Assembly: GCA_030745755.1 (NCBI GenBank)
Contig: JASLOA010000017.1
Span: 8,896-72,895 of the forward strand
DNA: 64,000 nucleotides
Reading direction: 5' to 3'
From: Kiritimatiellia bacterium
GTDB taxonomy: Bacteria > Verrucomicrobiota > Kiritimatiellia > UBA8416 > JABMPJ01
The notes below the pieces were generated by a model that was not told where the DNA came from, did no database searches, and saw nothing but the letters and a program-made list of their open reading frames with translations. Made by a program: the position numbers and the translations under genes. How positions within the stretch are numbered: the stretch's first letter is position 1; every line of letters starts with the position of its first letter. Positions 38,955 through 48,459 of this stretch are shown here, piece by piece.

Positions 38955-40874
38955 ATGGCCAAGAAATCACGCAAGTTCAAGACAGACGTCCAGCAGCTTC
39001 TGGACCTGGTTACCCATTCACTCTATTCCAAGAAGGAGATCTTCCTTCGCGAGCTGATCTCCAACGCTTCGGACGCAATCGATCGCGTCCAGTTCGAAGC
39101 ACTGACCAACAAGAAGTTGCTCGGCAAGAAGGACCAGGACTGGAAGATCAGGATCACGGCCGACGAGGAAGCCAAGACGCTTACGATTAGCGACAATGGC
39201 ATCGGCATGACTGTCGAGGAGCTTGAGGCCAACATCGGCACCATCGCCAACTCCGGCACACGCCGCTTTCTGGAAGAGCTGCAGAAGAGCAAGAAGACTG
39301 CCAATGCCGAGTTCATCGGTCAGTTCGGCGTCGGCTTCTACGCCTCCTTCATGGTGGCTGACAAGGTGACCGTGGTTACCAAACGGGCCGGATCAGATGG
39401 ACCCGCCGTTCGCTGGGTCTCCGATGGCGGCGGCACCTACACCATGGAAGACGCCGACAAGGAGGAGCGCGGAACGGATGTCACGCTCCATCTGCGGGAG
39501 GACATGGATAATTTCCTCCAGGAATACGAAGTGCGCCGTATCGTAAGTGAGTACTCGGACTATATCGGCTATCCCGTCGTGATGGACATCACCCGCACCA
39601 CCAAGGGGGAAGAAGAGGGCGACGAGGAGGTCACCACGACCGAAGAAGAGACACTCAACTCCATGAAGGCGATCTGGAAGAAGATGCCATCAGAAGTGTC
39701 CGAAGAGGAATACAACGAGTTCTACAAGCATGTCAGCCATGAGTACACCGATCCCCTGAAGGTGATCCACTACCGTGCTGAGGGAACCACCGAGTTTCAG
39801 TCTCTGCTATACATCCCGTCGCAGGCACCGATGGACCTCTTCTGGCCGGATGCGAAGCGCGGCCTGCACCTGTACGTGAAGAACGTCTTCATCAACGAGG
39901 ACTGCGAAGAGCTGCTCCCCTCCTATCTCCGCTTCCTCAAGGGCGTGGTCGACAGCAGCGACCTGCCGCTGAACGTTTCGCGTGAGATGCTGCAGGACGA
40001 CGTGGTGATCCGTCGCATCCGCAAAGGCCTCGTCACGCGCGTGCTCAAGGAACTGGCCGAGCTCAAAGAGCGCACGCCGGAGAAGTTCCAAACCTTCTAC
40101 GAACACTTCGGTGTCGTGATCAAAGAGGGCGTACACCAGGACTTCGAGAACTACGACAAGCTCAAGGAATTGCTCCTGTTCGCCTCCTCCAAGAGCGAAG
40201 AGGGCAAGCCGGTCTCGCTGAAGGACTACGTCGACCGCATGCCGGAAGACCAGAAGGAGATCTACTACCTCTCGGCAGGCAGTCTGGCCCAGGCCGCAAA
40301 CTCGCCGCATCTCGAGGCATTGAAAGACAAGGACTACGAGGTTCTCTTTTTCGTCGACGCCATCGATGAGTGGGTAACACAGCGCCTGACCGAGTATGAT
40401 GGCAAGACCCTCAAGGCCATTGACCGCGGCGACATCGACATCCATAGCGACGAAGAGAAGGCCGAGAAGGAAGAGGCCCTCAAGAGTGACGTGGAGACCT
40501 ATAAGCCGGTGATCGAGCTGATCCAGAAGCATCTCGACGATGAGATCAAAGAGGTCAAGTTATCGACACGCTTGACCGACTCTGCGTGTTGCCTCGTGGC
40601 AGACGAAATGGGCATGAACGCCAACATGGAACGGATCATGAAGGCCATGAACCAGGACGTCCCGCCCGTGAAGCGCATTCTCGAACTGAACCCCAAGCAC
40701 CCGCTCATGCCGAAGCTGCTCGCCGAGGTGGCAAAGGTCGACGAGAGCGATGTCATCAGCGACTACGCGGATCTGCTCTACAACCAGGCGCTCCTGACGG
40801 AGGGATCCCCCATCAAGGATACAGCCCGGTTCGGGCAGCTTGTGAGCAAGCTGATGGTTGAGGGGCTGGGGTAG
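38955..40874 (+). CDS. htpG: Chaperone HtpG (Hsp90)
   Basis: YSKKEIFLRELISNASDA, DNGIGM, GQFGVGFY, DLPLNVSRE, ILELNPKHP. Confidence 0.98.
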   Translation: MAKKSRKFKTDVQQLLDLVTHSLYSKKEIFLRELISNASDAIDRVQFEALTNKKLLGKKDQDWKIRITADEEAKTLTISDNGIGMTVEELEANIGTIANSGTRRFLEELQKSKKTANAEFIGQFGVGFYASFMVADKVTVVTKRAGSDGPAVRWVSDGGGTYTMEDADKEERGTDVTLHLREDMDNFLQEYEVRRIVSEYSDYIGYPVVMDITRTTKGEEEGDEEVTTTEEETLNSMKAIWKKMPSEVSEEEYNEFYKHVSHEYTDPLKVIHYRAEGTTEFQSLLYIPSQAPMDLFWPDAKRGLHLYVKNVFINEDCEELLPSYLRFLKGVVDSSDLPLNVSREMLQDDVVIRRIRKGLVTRVLKELAELKERTPEKFQTFYEHFGVVIKEGVHQDFENYDKLKELLLFASSKSEEGKPVSLKDYVDRMPEDQKEIYYLSAGSLAQAANSPHLEALKDKDYEVLFFVDAIDEWVTQRLTEYDGKTLKAIDRGDIDIHSDEEKAEKEEALKSDVETYKPVIELIQKHLDDEIKEVKLSTRLTDSACCLVADEMGMNANMERIMKAMNQDVPPVKRILELNPKHPLMPKLLAEVAKVDESDVISDYADLLYNQALLTEGSPIKDTARFGQLVSKLMVEGLG

Positions 40875-40893
40875 ACCCCAGGAGATCGGAACC

Positions 40894-41069
40894 CCCGCGA
40901 CCTTGTGTCGCGGGTGCACAAGATCTCCGTCTCCCGCGGCACAAGGCCGCGGGGGGACAAGACGGCCCGCGCGGAGCGCGGGCCCTACCTGGCCCACGAC
41001 GTTTCTTGATCGCCGGTCGGGTAGAAGGGCGAACTGTCCCCGCCACAGCGGGCAAGCCCAGCGAGCCGC
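40894..41069. repeat. Composite repeat cluster: two 21-bp CACAAGG-loop hairpins plus a GTAG-type REP and a degenerate partner
   Basis: CCCGCGA-CCTTGTG-TCGCGGG (40894), CCCGCGG-CACAAGG-CCGCGGG (40933), reverse complement GGTAGGGCCCGCGCTCCGCGCGGGCCG (40963-40989). Confidence 0.75.
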
Positions 41070-41132
41070 AATAAGCATCGCGCAGACCTATTTAGCTTGC
41101 ATTCCTGCTACGACTATGCCAAATATCCCAGC

Positions 41133-41534
41133 ATGTTAACGATGCCCAAGCAGCTTGAATATGCCCTGATGGTGCTGGGGGAGATGCATGGCGGGGCACC
41201 TGGCGAGCTTTTTGCGGCCCGGGCGCTCTGCGCGAAGCTGGATATCCCGTTTGATGTCGTTTCCAAGGCGCTGCAGCGCATGAAACACGCGGAGATCGTA
41301 CGTTCAGTGCAGGGCAAGTATGGCGGATACCAGGTCATTAGAGACCTCGGCAAACTGCAACTGAGCGAATTGGCCGAAGTGGTCGTGGGTCCGAACGCTA
41401 TCGCAGCCTGTCTTGTTCCCGGCCAGAGCTGCAACCGGTCACCCTCGTGTACCATTCGCCGGGCGGTACACCGACTTGACCAACGCTTCCAACAGCTTCT
41501 GGCCGATACAACGATCCTCGAACTGATCGGTTAG
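41133..41534 (+). CDS. Rrf2-family (IscR-like) transcriptional regulator
   Basis: EYALMVL, IVRSVQGKYGGY, three Cys in ACL..QSCNRSPSC; upstream of suf genes; start uncertain (41097/41133). Confidence 0.88.
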   Translation: MLTMPKQLEYALMVLGEMHGGAPGELFAARALCAKLDIPFDVVSKALQRMKHAEIVRSVQGKYGGYQVIRDLGKLQLSELAEVVVGPNAIAACLVPGQSCNRSPSCTIRRAVHRLDQRFQQLLADTTILELIG

Positions 41535-41572
41535 ACACCCCCATCCCTGCTGCCCTCACCCTCGCCCTCTGA

Positions 41573-41630
41573 AATAAGCTATATTTCCCCTTATTTACTT
41601 CTTGAATCCACATACTCTCTTACCTACACT
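41573..41630 (+). promoter_or_regulatory. sufB promoter with upstream inverted repeat
   Basis: TTGAAT-17 bp-TACACT (41602-41630); AATAAG-N11-CTTATT (41573-41595). Confidence 0.55.
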
Positions 41631-41676
41631 GGTCTCAAAGGGGAAGAACCCCTTACGAACATGAGAACTTTCGGCT

Positions 41677-43110
41677 ATGGATGCGATTGCGGACAGACCT
41701 AAAACGTACAAGTACGGCTTCGTCACCGACGTGGAAACAGAGAAGTTCCCGAAGGGGCTCAGCGAGGAGGTCGTACGCGCCATATCGGCACGCAAGAACG
41801 AACCGGACTTCCTGCTCGAGTTCCGTCTGAATGCCTTCCGTTGGTGGAAGGAACAGGAGCCGCCGCGCTGGGCCCACGTGGAATTCCCGCCCATCGACTT
41901 CCAGGACATCCATTACTACGCGGCCCCCAAGTCCATGGAGGACGCACCGCAGAGTCTTGACGACGTGGATCCGGAGCTGCTGCGCACGTTTGATCGGCTG
42001 GGCATTCCCTTGCATGAACGGGAGCAACTGGCGGACGTGGCGGTCGATGCCGTTTTCGACAGCGTGTCGGTCGGCACCACGCACCAGGATATCCTGGCCG
42101 AGATGGGTGTGATTTTCTGTTCATTCTCCGAGGCCGCACAGAAGCATCCGGAACTGATTAAGAAGTACCTGGGCACCGTGGTGCCGCCGCGGGATAACTT
42201 TTACGCTGCACTGAATTCCGCCGTATTCTCGGACGGCTCATTTGTCTTTGTTCCCAAGGGTGTGCAGTGCCCCATCGACCTTTCCACCTACTTCCGCATT
42301 AACGCATCCAAGACAGGTCAGTTCGAGCGTACGCTGATCGTCTGCGAAGAAGGCGCCAGCGTCTCTTACGTGGAGGGGTGTACAGCGCCTGTGCGCGACG
42401 AGAACCAGCTCCACGCAGCCATCGTGGAGCTGGTTGCGCTCGACGACGCCTCGATCAAGTACTCCACGGTGCAGAACTGGTATGGCGGCGACGAACAGGG
42501 CCGCGGCGGCATCTACAACTTCGTGGTCAAGCGCGGACGCTGCGAAGGTGCGCGGTCGAAGATCTCGTGGACCCAGGTCGAGGCCGGCTCCGCCATTACC
42601 TGGAAGTACCCCAGCGTGATTCTCAAGGGCGATGATTCTGTAGGCGAGTTCTACTCCGTGGCGCTGACCAACAATAGGATGCAGGCCGATACCGGCACCA
42701 AGATGGTTCACATCGGCAAGAACACGAGCAGTACGATCATTTCGAAGGGAATCTCGTGCGACCAATCGAAGAACAGCTATCGCGGACTGGTCAAGGTGAC
42801 TCCCGGGGCCTCAGGGGCGCGCAACTACTCCCAGTGCGACTCGATGCTGGTGGGCGACGGGTGTGAAGCAAACACGTTCCCCTACCTGGAAATTCACAAC
42901 CAGGGCGCGGTGATCGAACATGAGGCCACCACGTCGCGCATCAGCGACGAGCAGCTCTTCTACCTGCAGTCGCGCGGACTCGATAGCGAAGCGGCTATAT
43001 CACTGCTGGTGAACGGATTCTGCAAAGAAGTATTCAGGACCCTGCCCCTCGAGTTCTCGGTGGAGGCGGTAAAGCTGTTGGAGATGAAGCTGGAAGACAG
43101 TGTGGGATAG
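41677..43110 (+). CDS. sufB: Fe-S cluster assembly protein SufB
   Basis: [57 protein letters not shown]. Confidence 0.97.
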   Translation: MDAIADRPKTYKYGFVTDVETEKFPKGLSEEVVRAISARKNEPDFLLEFRLNAFRWWKEQEPPRWAHVEFPPIDFQDIHYYAAPKSMEDAPQSLDDVDPELLRTFDRLGIPLHEREQLADVAVDAVFDSVSVGTTHQDILAEMGVIFCSFSEAAQKHPELIKKYLGTVVPPRDNFYAALNSAVFSDGSFVFVPKGVQCPIDLSTYFRINASKTGQFERTLIVCEEGASVSYVEGCTAPVRDENQLHAAIVELVALDDASIKYSTVQNWYGGDEQGRGGIYNFVVKRGRCEGARSKISWTQVEAGSAITWKYPSVILKGDDSVGEFYSVALTNNRMQADTGTKMVHIGKNTSSTIISKGISCDQSKNSYRGLVKVTPGASGARNYSQCDSMLVGDGCEANTFPYLEIHNQGAVIEHEATTSRISDEQLFYLQSRGLDSEAAISLLVNGFCKEVFRTLPLEFSVEAVKLLEMKLEDSVG

Positions 43111-43117
43111 ACTGCCC

Positions 43118-43184
43118 CGGCTCGCCGGGACGGCTCGCCCTGCCTCATCGAGGATCAGGTAGGGCGAGCTCTCCGAGCGAGCCG
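43118..43184. repeat. Inverted pair of GTAG-type REP palindromes (BIME-like)
   Basis: Reverse complement GGCAG-GGC-GA-GCCG-TCC-CGGC-GA-GCC-G (43118-43144) and GGTAG-GGC-GA-GCTC-TCC-GAGC-GA-GCC-G (43158-43184). Confidence 0.8.
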
Positions 43185-43220
43185 CAGGCCGAAGACCGGA
43201 TCGAAAGAGGAGAAGACACG

Positions 43221-43982
43221 ATGTTGAAGATACGTGATTTGAAAGCGCGCGTGGTAGACGGCCCTGAGATTCTGAAGGGCATCGACCTCGATGTGAAGGC
43301 AGGCGAGATCCACGCCCTCATGGGACCCAACGGGTCGGGCAAGAGCACGCTCTCGCGCGTGCTGGCGGGGCATCCCGATTACGAGGTGACGGGTGGCACG
43401 GTCGAGTTCGAGGTAGACAGGGAGCCGCAGAACCTGCTTGCCATGGAGGCACATGAGCGCGCCTGTGCGGGCGTCTTCCTGGCGTTTCAATACCCGGTCG
43501 AGGTGGCAGGTGTCAGCAACACGGTCTTTCTGCGTGCGGCTTTCAACGCCATCTGCAAAGCCCAGGGCGCAGCACCCATCGATGCCTTTGACTTTCGCGA
43601 ACTGCTCGCTGAGAAGCTTGAGCTGATCGGGATGGATGCATCCTATCTCGAGCGACCCGTGAACCTGGATTTCTCGGGTGGTGAGAAGAAACGCAACGAG
43701 ATACTACAAATGGCCGTGCTGGCCCCGCGCCTAGCCATCCTCGACGAGACCGATTCGGGTCTCGACGTTGATTCGCTGCGTATCGTCTCCGAGGGCGTGA
43801 AGAAGCTCAGCACGCCCGATAACGCGACACTGATGATTACGCACTACCAGCGCATGCTGCAGCACATCACGCCGGATATCGTTCATGTGTTGATGGACGG
43901 ACGTATCGTGAAGACAGGCGATCACACGCTCGCCGAAGCGGTTGAGACAAGAGGTTATGACTGGGTAAGGGAAGCCGCATGA
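43221..43982 (+). CDS. sufC: Fe-S cluster assembly ATPase SufC
   Basis: GPNGSGKST, FLAFQYPVE, FSGGEKKRNE, LDETDSGLD, THYQR. Confidence 0.97.
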   Translation: MLKIRDLKARVVDGPEILKGIDLDVKAGEIHALMGPNGSGKSTLSRVLAGHPDYEVTGGTVEFEVDREPQNLLAMEAHERACAGVFLAFQYPVEVAGVSNTVFLRAAFNAICKAQGAAPIDAFDFRELLAEKLELIGMDASYLERPVNLDFSGGEKKRNEILQMAVLAPRLAILDETDSGLDVDSLRIVSEGVKKLSTPDNATLMITHYQRMLQHITPDIVHVLMDGRIVKTGDHTLAEAVETRGYDWVREAA

Positions 43983-45280
43983 AGCGACTACGCGCCATAC
44001 CGCCTGCCAGACACTATGGCGAGCAGCTGGACGCGCTCCTGGCGCAGAACAGCGCCGGCGAGACGTCTGCCCTGCAGAAACAGCGCCAGACAGCGTACGA
44101 CCGCTTCATGGCGCAGGGCATACCCACTCGTCGTGTTGAAGCATGGAAGTACACGGATGTCACTCGGCTGGCCGAAGAGGTCTTCCGGCCGGTCGACCCC
44201 GCGGGCATCACCCCGCAGACACTGGCAGATCTCCCCTACTGCCACGACGGGGATGAGCGACTGGTCTTTGTGGAAGGCATCCTGCAACCGGATCTCACGC
44301 AGCGGCCCGACACCTCGCCCCTCAAACTGTCTTCGCTCAGCTCAGCCTCTGAATCCGCGCCCCAAGAGGTCCCGGACAACCCGTTCGTGGCTCTGAACGG
44401 CGCGCTGTGGCGTGACGGATCGATGCTCGATATTCCGGCCAACCAGAAGCTGGATCATCGTGTTCACGTGCTCTTCCTGCACGCGGCACACTCGGATCCG
44501 AGCGTGATCCATCCGCGGCTGCACGTTCGCCTTGGCGCACACGCCGAAGCGCGGGTCGTTGTGACGTATGCCGCTCTCGGCGACGGGCCCTGCCTGAACA
44601 ATGCTGTCCTCGATGTCGACCTGGCCGAGGGCGCCCAGCTCTCACTGGTACAGGCGCAGGTACTCAACGAGCAATCGACACACCTTGGCTTCACGCGCAT
44701 CACGCAAGGACGCGACAGCCACGTGGCGAGCATGGATTTTCATGCCGGTAGCGCCCTGGCTCGTCATGATCTCACGGTTGCCCTGGATGGCGAGGGCGCC
44801 TCGGCGACCTTGAACGGTCTGTATGCCGTGAGAGATCGTCAGCATGTCGACTGTCACACCGGCATTGAGCACCGGCAGCCCAACTGCTCGAGTCGGCAGC
44901 TCTATAAAGGAATACTCAATGACCGCGCCACGGCGGCATTTGACGGCCTCGTTCGGGTTCATCCGGGTGCCTCGGGTAGTGATGGCGAGCAGGTGAACCG
45001 TAACCTGCTTCTCAGCAACGACTGCCAGGCCAACGCAAAGCCTCGGCTGGAAATCGCCAACGATGATGTGCGCTGCACGCACGGTGCCACGGTCGGTCAG
45101 CTGAATGACCAGGAGCTGTTCTACCTGGAGAGCCGCGGGATCGACCCGGCGGCCGCGCGGGATATGCTTTCTCGCGGTTTTGCTGAGGAAGTACTCTACC
45201 GCATGGACGACAAGGCCCTTCATGCGGACCTGCACGCCATCCTGGACAGCTTCTTTGAGGCCAGCAATGAACGGGACTGA
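43979..45280 (+). CDS. sufD: Fe-S cluster assembly protein SufD
   Basis: EAWKYTD, QLYKGIL, KPRLEIANDDVRCTHGATVG, LFYLESRGI. Confidence 0.93.
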   Translation: MKRLRAIPPARHYGEQLDALLAQNSAGETSALQKQRQTAYDRFMAQGIPTRRVEAWKYTDVTRLAEEVFRPVDPAGITPQTLADLPYCHDGDERLVFVEGILQPDLTQRPDTSPLKLSSLSSASESAPQEVPDNPFVALNGALWRDGSMLDIPANQKLDHRVHVLFLHAAHSDPSVIHPRLHVRLGAHAEARVVVTYAALGDGPCLNNAVLDVDLAEGAQLSLVQAQVLNEQSTHLGFTRITQGRDSHVASMDFHAGSALARHDLTVALDGEGASATLNGLYAVRDRQHVDCHTGIEHRQPNCSSRQLYKGILNDRATAAFDGLVRVHPGASGSDGEQVNRNLLLSNDCQANAKPRLEIANDDVRCTHGATVGQLNDQELFYLESRGIDPAAARDMLSRGFAEEVLYRMDDKALHADLHAILDSFFEASNERD

Positions 45281-46496
45281 CACAACGCTGCTCGACATAC
45301 GCGACCGGTTCCCCTGCCTGGAACAGCAGGTGCACGGGAAACGCCTGGCCTATCTCGATAGTGCCGCCACAGCGCTGAAGCCGGCATGCGTGATTGACGC
45401 CGTGACCCAGCACTACACCCAGGAGTCGGCCAACATTCACCGCGGTGTGCATCACTTGAGCGAGAAAGCCACAGCGTCATTCGAAGCGGCCCGTGAAACA
45501 GTGCGTGCCCACCTGAATGCCGCCCACACCCATGAGATCATCTTCACCAGCGGCACCACCGACAGCATCAACCTGGTGGCCCAGGCCTTCGGGCAGCTCG
45601 AGATCGGCAAAGGGGACGAGATACTGATTACGGAGATGGAGCACCACTCCAACATCGTACCGTGGCAGCTCCTGCGGGAGCGGTCGGGCGCCGTCCTGCG
45701 CGTCGCCCCGATAAGCGATGATGGCGACGTCGATCGCGAGGCCTTCCGCGCGTCCCTGAATGAGCGCACCAAGCTGGTGGCCTTCACAGCCGTCTCCAAT
45801 GCACTGGGAACGGTCAATCCGGTGGCCGAGATGGCGGCCGAAGCCCATGCTGCAGGTGCCAGCGTATTGGTGGATGCCGCACAGGGGGTTCCTGTGCAAC
45901 CGATGGATGTGCAGGCGCTCGACTGCGACTTCCTGGCGTTCTCCGGGCACAAGGTCTTCGGGCCCACCGGCATCGGCGTGCTTTACGGAAAAGAGGGACT
46001 GCTCGAAGCGATGCCACCGGTCAAGGGCGGGGGGGACATGATTCTATCGGTCACGTTCGAGAAGACCACCTACAACGCCCTCCCCTACACCTTCGAGGCC
46101 GGGACGGCACACATTGCCGGAGCGATCGGATTGGGACGTGCGCTGGAGTTCGTATCTGAACTGGGCTATGCGGCGATTGAGACCCACGAAGCTGCCATTC
46201 TGGCGGATGCGTTTGAGGCCCTGCAGGCCATCGAGGGGGTACGCCTGGTCGGCACCCCGTCTAGGCGCAAAGGCATCATCTCCTTCCTCGTCGACGAGAT
46301 CCATCCGCACGACCTGGGAACCATTCTCGACCAGGAAGGGGTGGCCATCCGTGCAGGACACCATTGCGCGCAGCCGGTCATGGCGCATTTTGGCGTACCC
46401 GCCACTGCCCGCGCCTCTTTCTCACTCTATAACAACCACGATGACATCGACCAGTTGGTCGCAGCCATCCAAAAGGCGCAGGAGATCTTTGGATGA
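45267..46496 (+). CDS. sufS: Cysteine desulfurase SufS
   Basis: YLDSAAT, ANIHRGVH, EHHSNIVPWQ, FSGHK, RAGHHCAQP. Confidence 0.96.
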   Translation: MNGTDTTLLDIRDRFPCLEQQVHGKRLAYLDSAATALKPACVIDAVTQHYTQESANIHRGVHHLSEKATASFEAARETVRAHLNAAHTHEIIFTSGTTDSINLVAQAFGQLEIGKGDEILITEMEHHSNIVPWQLLRERSGAVLRVAPISDDGDVDREAFRASLNERTKLVAFTAVSNALGTVNPVAEMAAEAHAAGASVLVDAAQGVPVQPMDVQALDCDFLAFSGHKVFGPTGIGVLYGKEGLLEAMPPVKGGGDMILSVTFEKTTYNALPYTFEAGTAHIAGAIGLGRALEFVSELGYAAIETHEAAILADAFEALQAIEGVRLVGTPSRRKGIISFLVDEIHPHDLGTILDQEGVAIRAGHHCAQPVMAHFGVPATARASFSLYNNHDDIDQLVAAIQKAQEIFG

Positions 46497-46942
46497 ACGT
46501 GTCCGACGACCTTTACCAGGAGATCATCCTGGACCATAGTCGCAGCCCGCGCCACTACGGGTGTCCGCTGAACCACACCCACTGTGCAGCGGGAAGGAAT
46601 CCGCTCTGTGGCGACGAATACCAGGTCTACCTGACCCTGGACGAAGACGGGGTCATCCGGGATGCCTCGTTCGAAGGTGCCGGCTGCGCCATATCCAAGG
46701 CCTCAACATCCCTCATGTTGGAGCAGCTCATCGGAAAGCACCACGAGCAGGCGCGCGCGCTGTTCGAGACGTTCCACGATATGGTCACCAACCCCGGCGG
46801 CGACCATGACACCAAGGTGCTCGGAAAGCTCGCGGCCTTCTCGGGTATCTGGAAGTTCCCGTCACGTGTCAAGTGCGCCATTCTCTGTTGGCATGCGGTG
46901 CGTAACGCTCTCGACGGGAAGACGACAGCTTCAACGGAGTAA
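46493..46942 (+). CDS. sufU: SufU/NifU N-terminal family scaffold or sulfur-transfer protein
   Basis: LYQEIILDH, NPLCGD, GCAISKAS, RVKCAIL. Confidence 0.93.
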   Translation: MNVSDDLYQEIILDHSRSPRHYGCPLNHTHCAAGRNPLCGDEYQVYLTLDEDGVIRDASFEGAGCAISKASTSLMLEQLIGKHHEQARALFETFHDMVTNPGGDHDTKVLGKLAAFSGIWKFPSRVKCAILCWHAVRNALDGKTTASTE

Positions 46943-47031
46943 CATCGCAATGGCTCGCGCACCCAGTATGCCAAAGCAGAATGCCCCTTTGTTCTTGTCC
47001 TGAGCGGCTTTCCCACCGCATCATGCTCGGC

Positions 47032-48459
47032 ATGGCAACATTCGAGCTTACGGCACAACAAGACACGCTTCCCGCTGCACCGACAGGATGGGCAGGACTG
47101 GAAAGTCGTGATCTCCTCCGTAATGCCCGCTGGTTCACGCGCATTCGTTGGGCCATCATTGCCGGGATGGCATTGGCCTGCCTGCTCCAAACTGTATGGC
47201 CACAGCTGTTGGCCTTCATTGGTGTATGCCTGCCGGTGCTTCCACTGATCATGATCGCCATCGGCCTGACCGCAACCAACCTTCTATACATCCTGCTCTT
47301 GCGCCGATACAGCGACACCACCCGGCGGCGTAAGCTTTTCATTAATCTGTGGATGCAGATTCTACTGGATCTTGCAGCACTGACATTCCTTGTCCACCTG
47401 GCGGGAAGCATCACCACGTTTGTGAGCTTGGCCTATCTCTTTCACATCGTGCTGGCTTGCATATTCTTTGCCCCGCCCTATAGCCTGCTCGTCACGCTGC
47501 TGAGCGGCCTGCTCTTTATCTGCGTGGTTGTGCTTGAACTTACAGGGGTGCTTTCGCCCTGCAACATATTGATCAACACCCCTGCTTGCCCAAGAGCCCT
47601 TGCCTCGTCCCTCCTTCACGCCTTGTCAGCGATCGTGTTCTGGCTGGCCGTCTGGTACCTGGTTGCCTTCATTGCGCAGGCGCTCCGCAAGCGCGACCGG
47701 CAACTGGCCGAGGCCAATCACCAGCTACTGCTGGCGGAGGAAGCGAATAACCGACAGGTCCTGCGCACGACGCACGACCTGAAAGCGCCCTTCTCCGGCA
47801 TAGAAAGCAACACGCAGCTGCTGCGAACGCTTCATTGGAAAGAGCTGTCAGAGCCCGTTCGCGAGATCATCGCCCGAATCGACACTCGCTCCGCCGCCCT
47901 ACGGGAACGCATCAAGGATATCCTGGTCCTTGGCGCCATCAAATCCCAAGAACAGACGGGCACTGCATCCACGGAGCGTATTGACATTCCCGCGCTTGTC
48001 GCAAGCGTGGTCACAGACCTCGAGGACAAGGCCGCGCACCGCGGCATCACGGTCGCCACAGCGGGTGCGGAGGGCGCTGTCTACAGCTCTCCCACACACC
48101 TGAAGACGCTTCTGGACAATCTGGCCTCAAACGCGATTTTCTACTCCCACGATGAGGGCACCGTGAGGATCACCATCACGGCGGACAGTGAACGCGCTGT
48201 GACCGTGTCCATTGCCGACCAGGGCATCGGTATCCGTGAAGATGCGCTGCCGAGCATCTTCGACGAATACTACCGCACCCGCGAAGCGTCCCAGCACAAC
48301 AAGATGTCAACCGGCCTCGGTCTCGCGATTGTCAAACGCATCGCCAATAATCTCGATATCGCGATCCGCGTACACAGCGAGATTGGTATCGGCACAACAT
48401 TCGACGTCGTCATCCCCCGCCGAACCAGCAACACCAATCCTGCCGCAGCACAGCACTAA
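47032..48459 (+). CDS. Membrane-bound sensor histidine kinase
   Basis: Multi-TM N-terminus; intact H-box THDLKAP; NLASNAIFYS, DQGIGI, FDEYYR, TGLGL; start uncertain (46981-47032). Confidence 0.88.
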   Translation: MATFELTAQQDTLPAAPTGWAGLESRDLLRNARWFTRIRWAIIAGMALACLLQTVWPQLLAFIGVCLPVLPLIMIAIGLTATNLLYILLLRRYSDTTRRRKLFINLWMQILLDLAALTFLVHLAGSITTFVSLAYLFHIVLACIFFAPPYSLLVTLLSGLLFICVVVLELTGVLSPCNILINTPACPRALASSLLHALSAIVFWLAVWYLVAFIAQALRKRDRQLAEANHQLLLAEEANNRQVLRTTHDLKAPFSGIESNTQLLRTLHWKELSEPVREIIARIDTRSAALRERIKDILVLGAIKSQEQTGTASTERIDIPALVASVVTDLEDKAAHRGITVATAGAEGAVYSSPTHLKTLLDNLASNAIFYSHDEGTVRITITADSERAVTVSIADQGIGIREDALPSIFDEYYRTREASQHNKMSTGLGLAIVKRIANNLDIAIRVHSEIGIGTTFDVVIPRRTSNTNPAAAQH

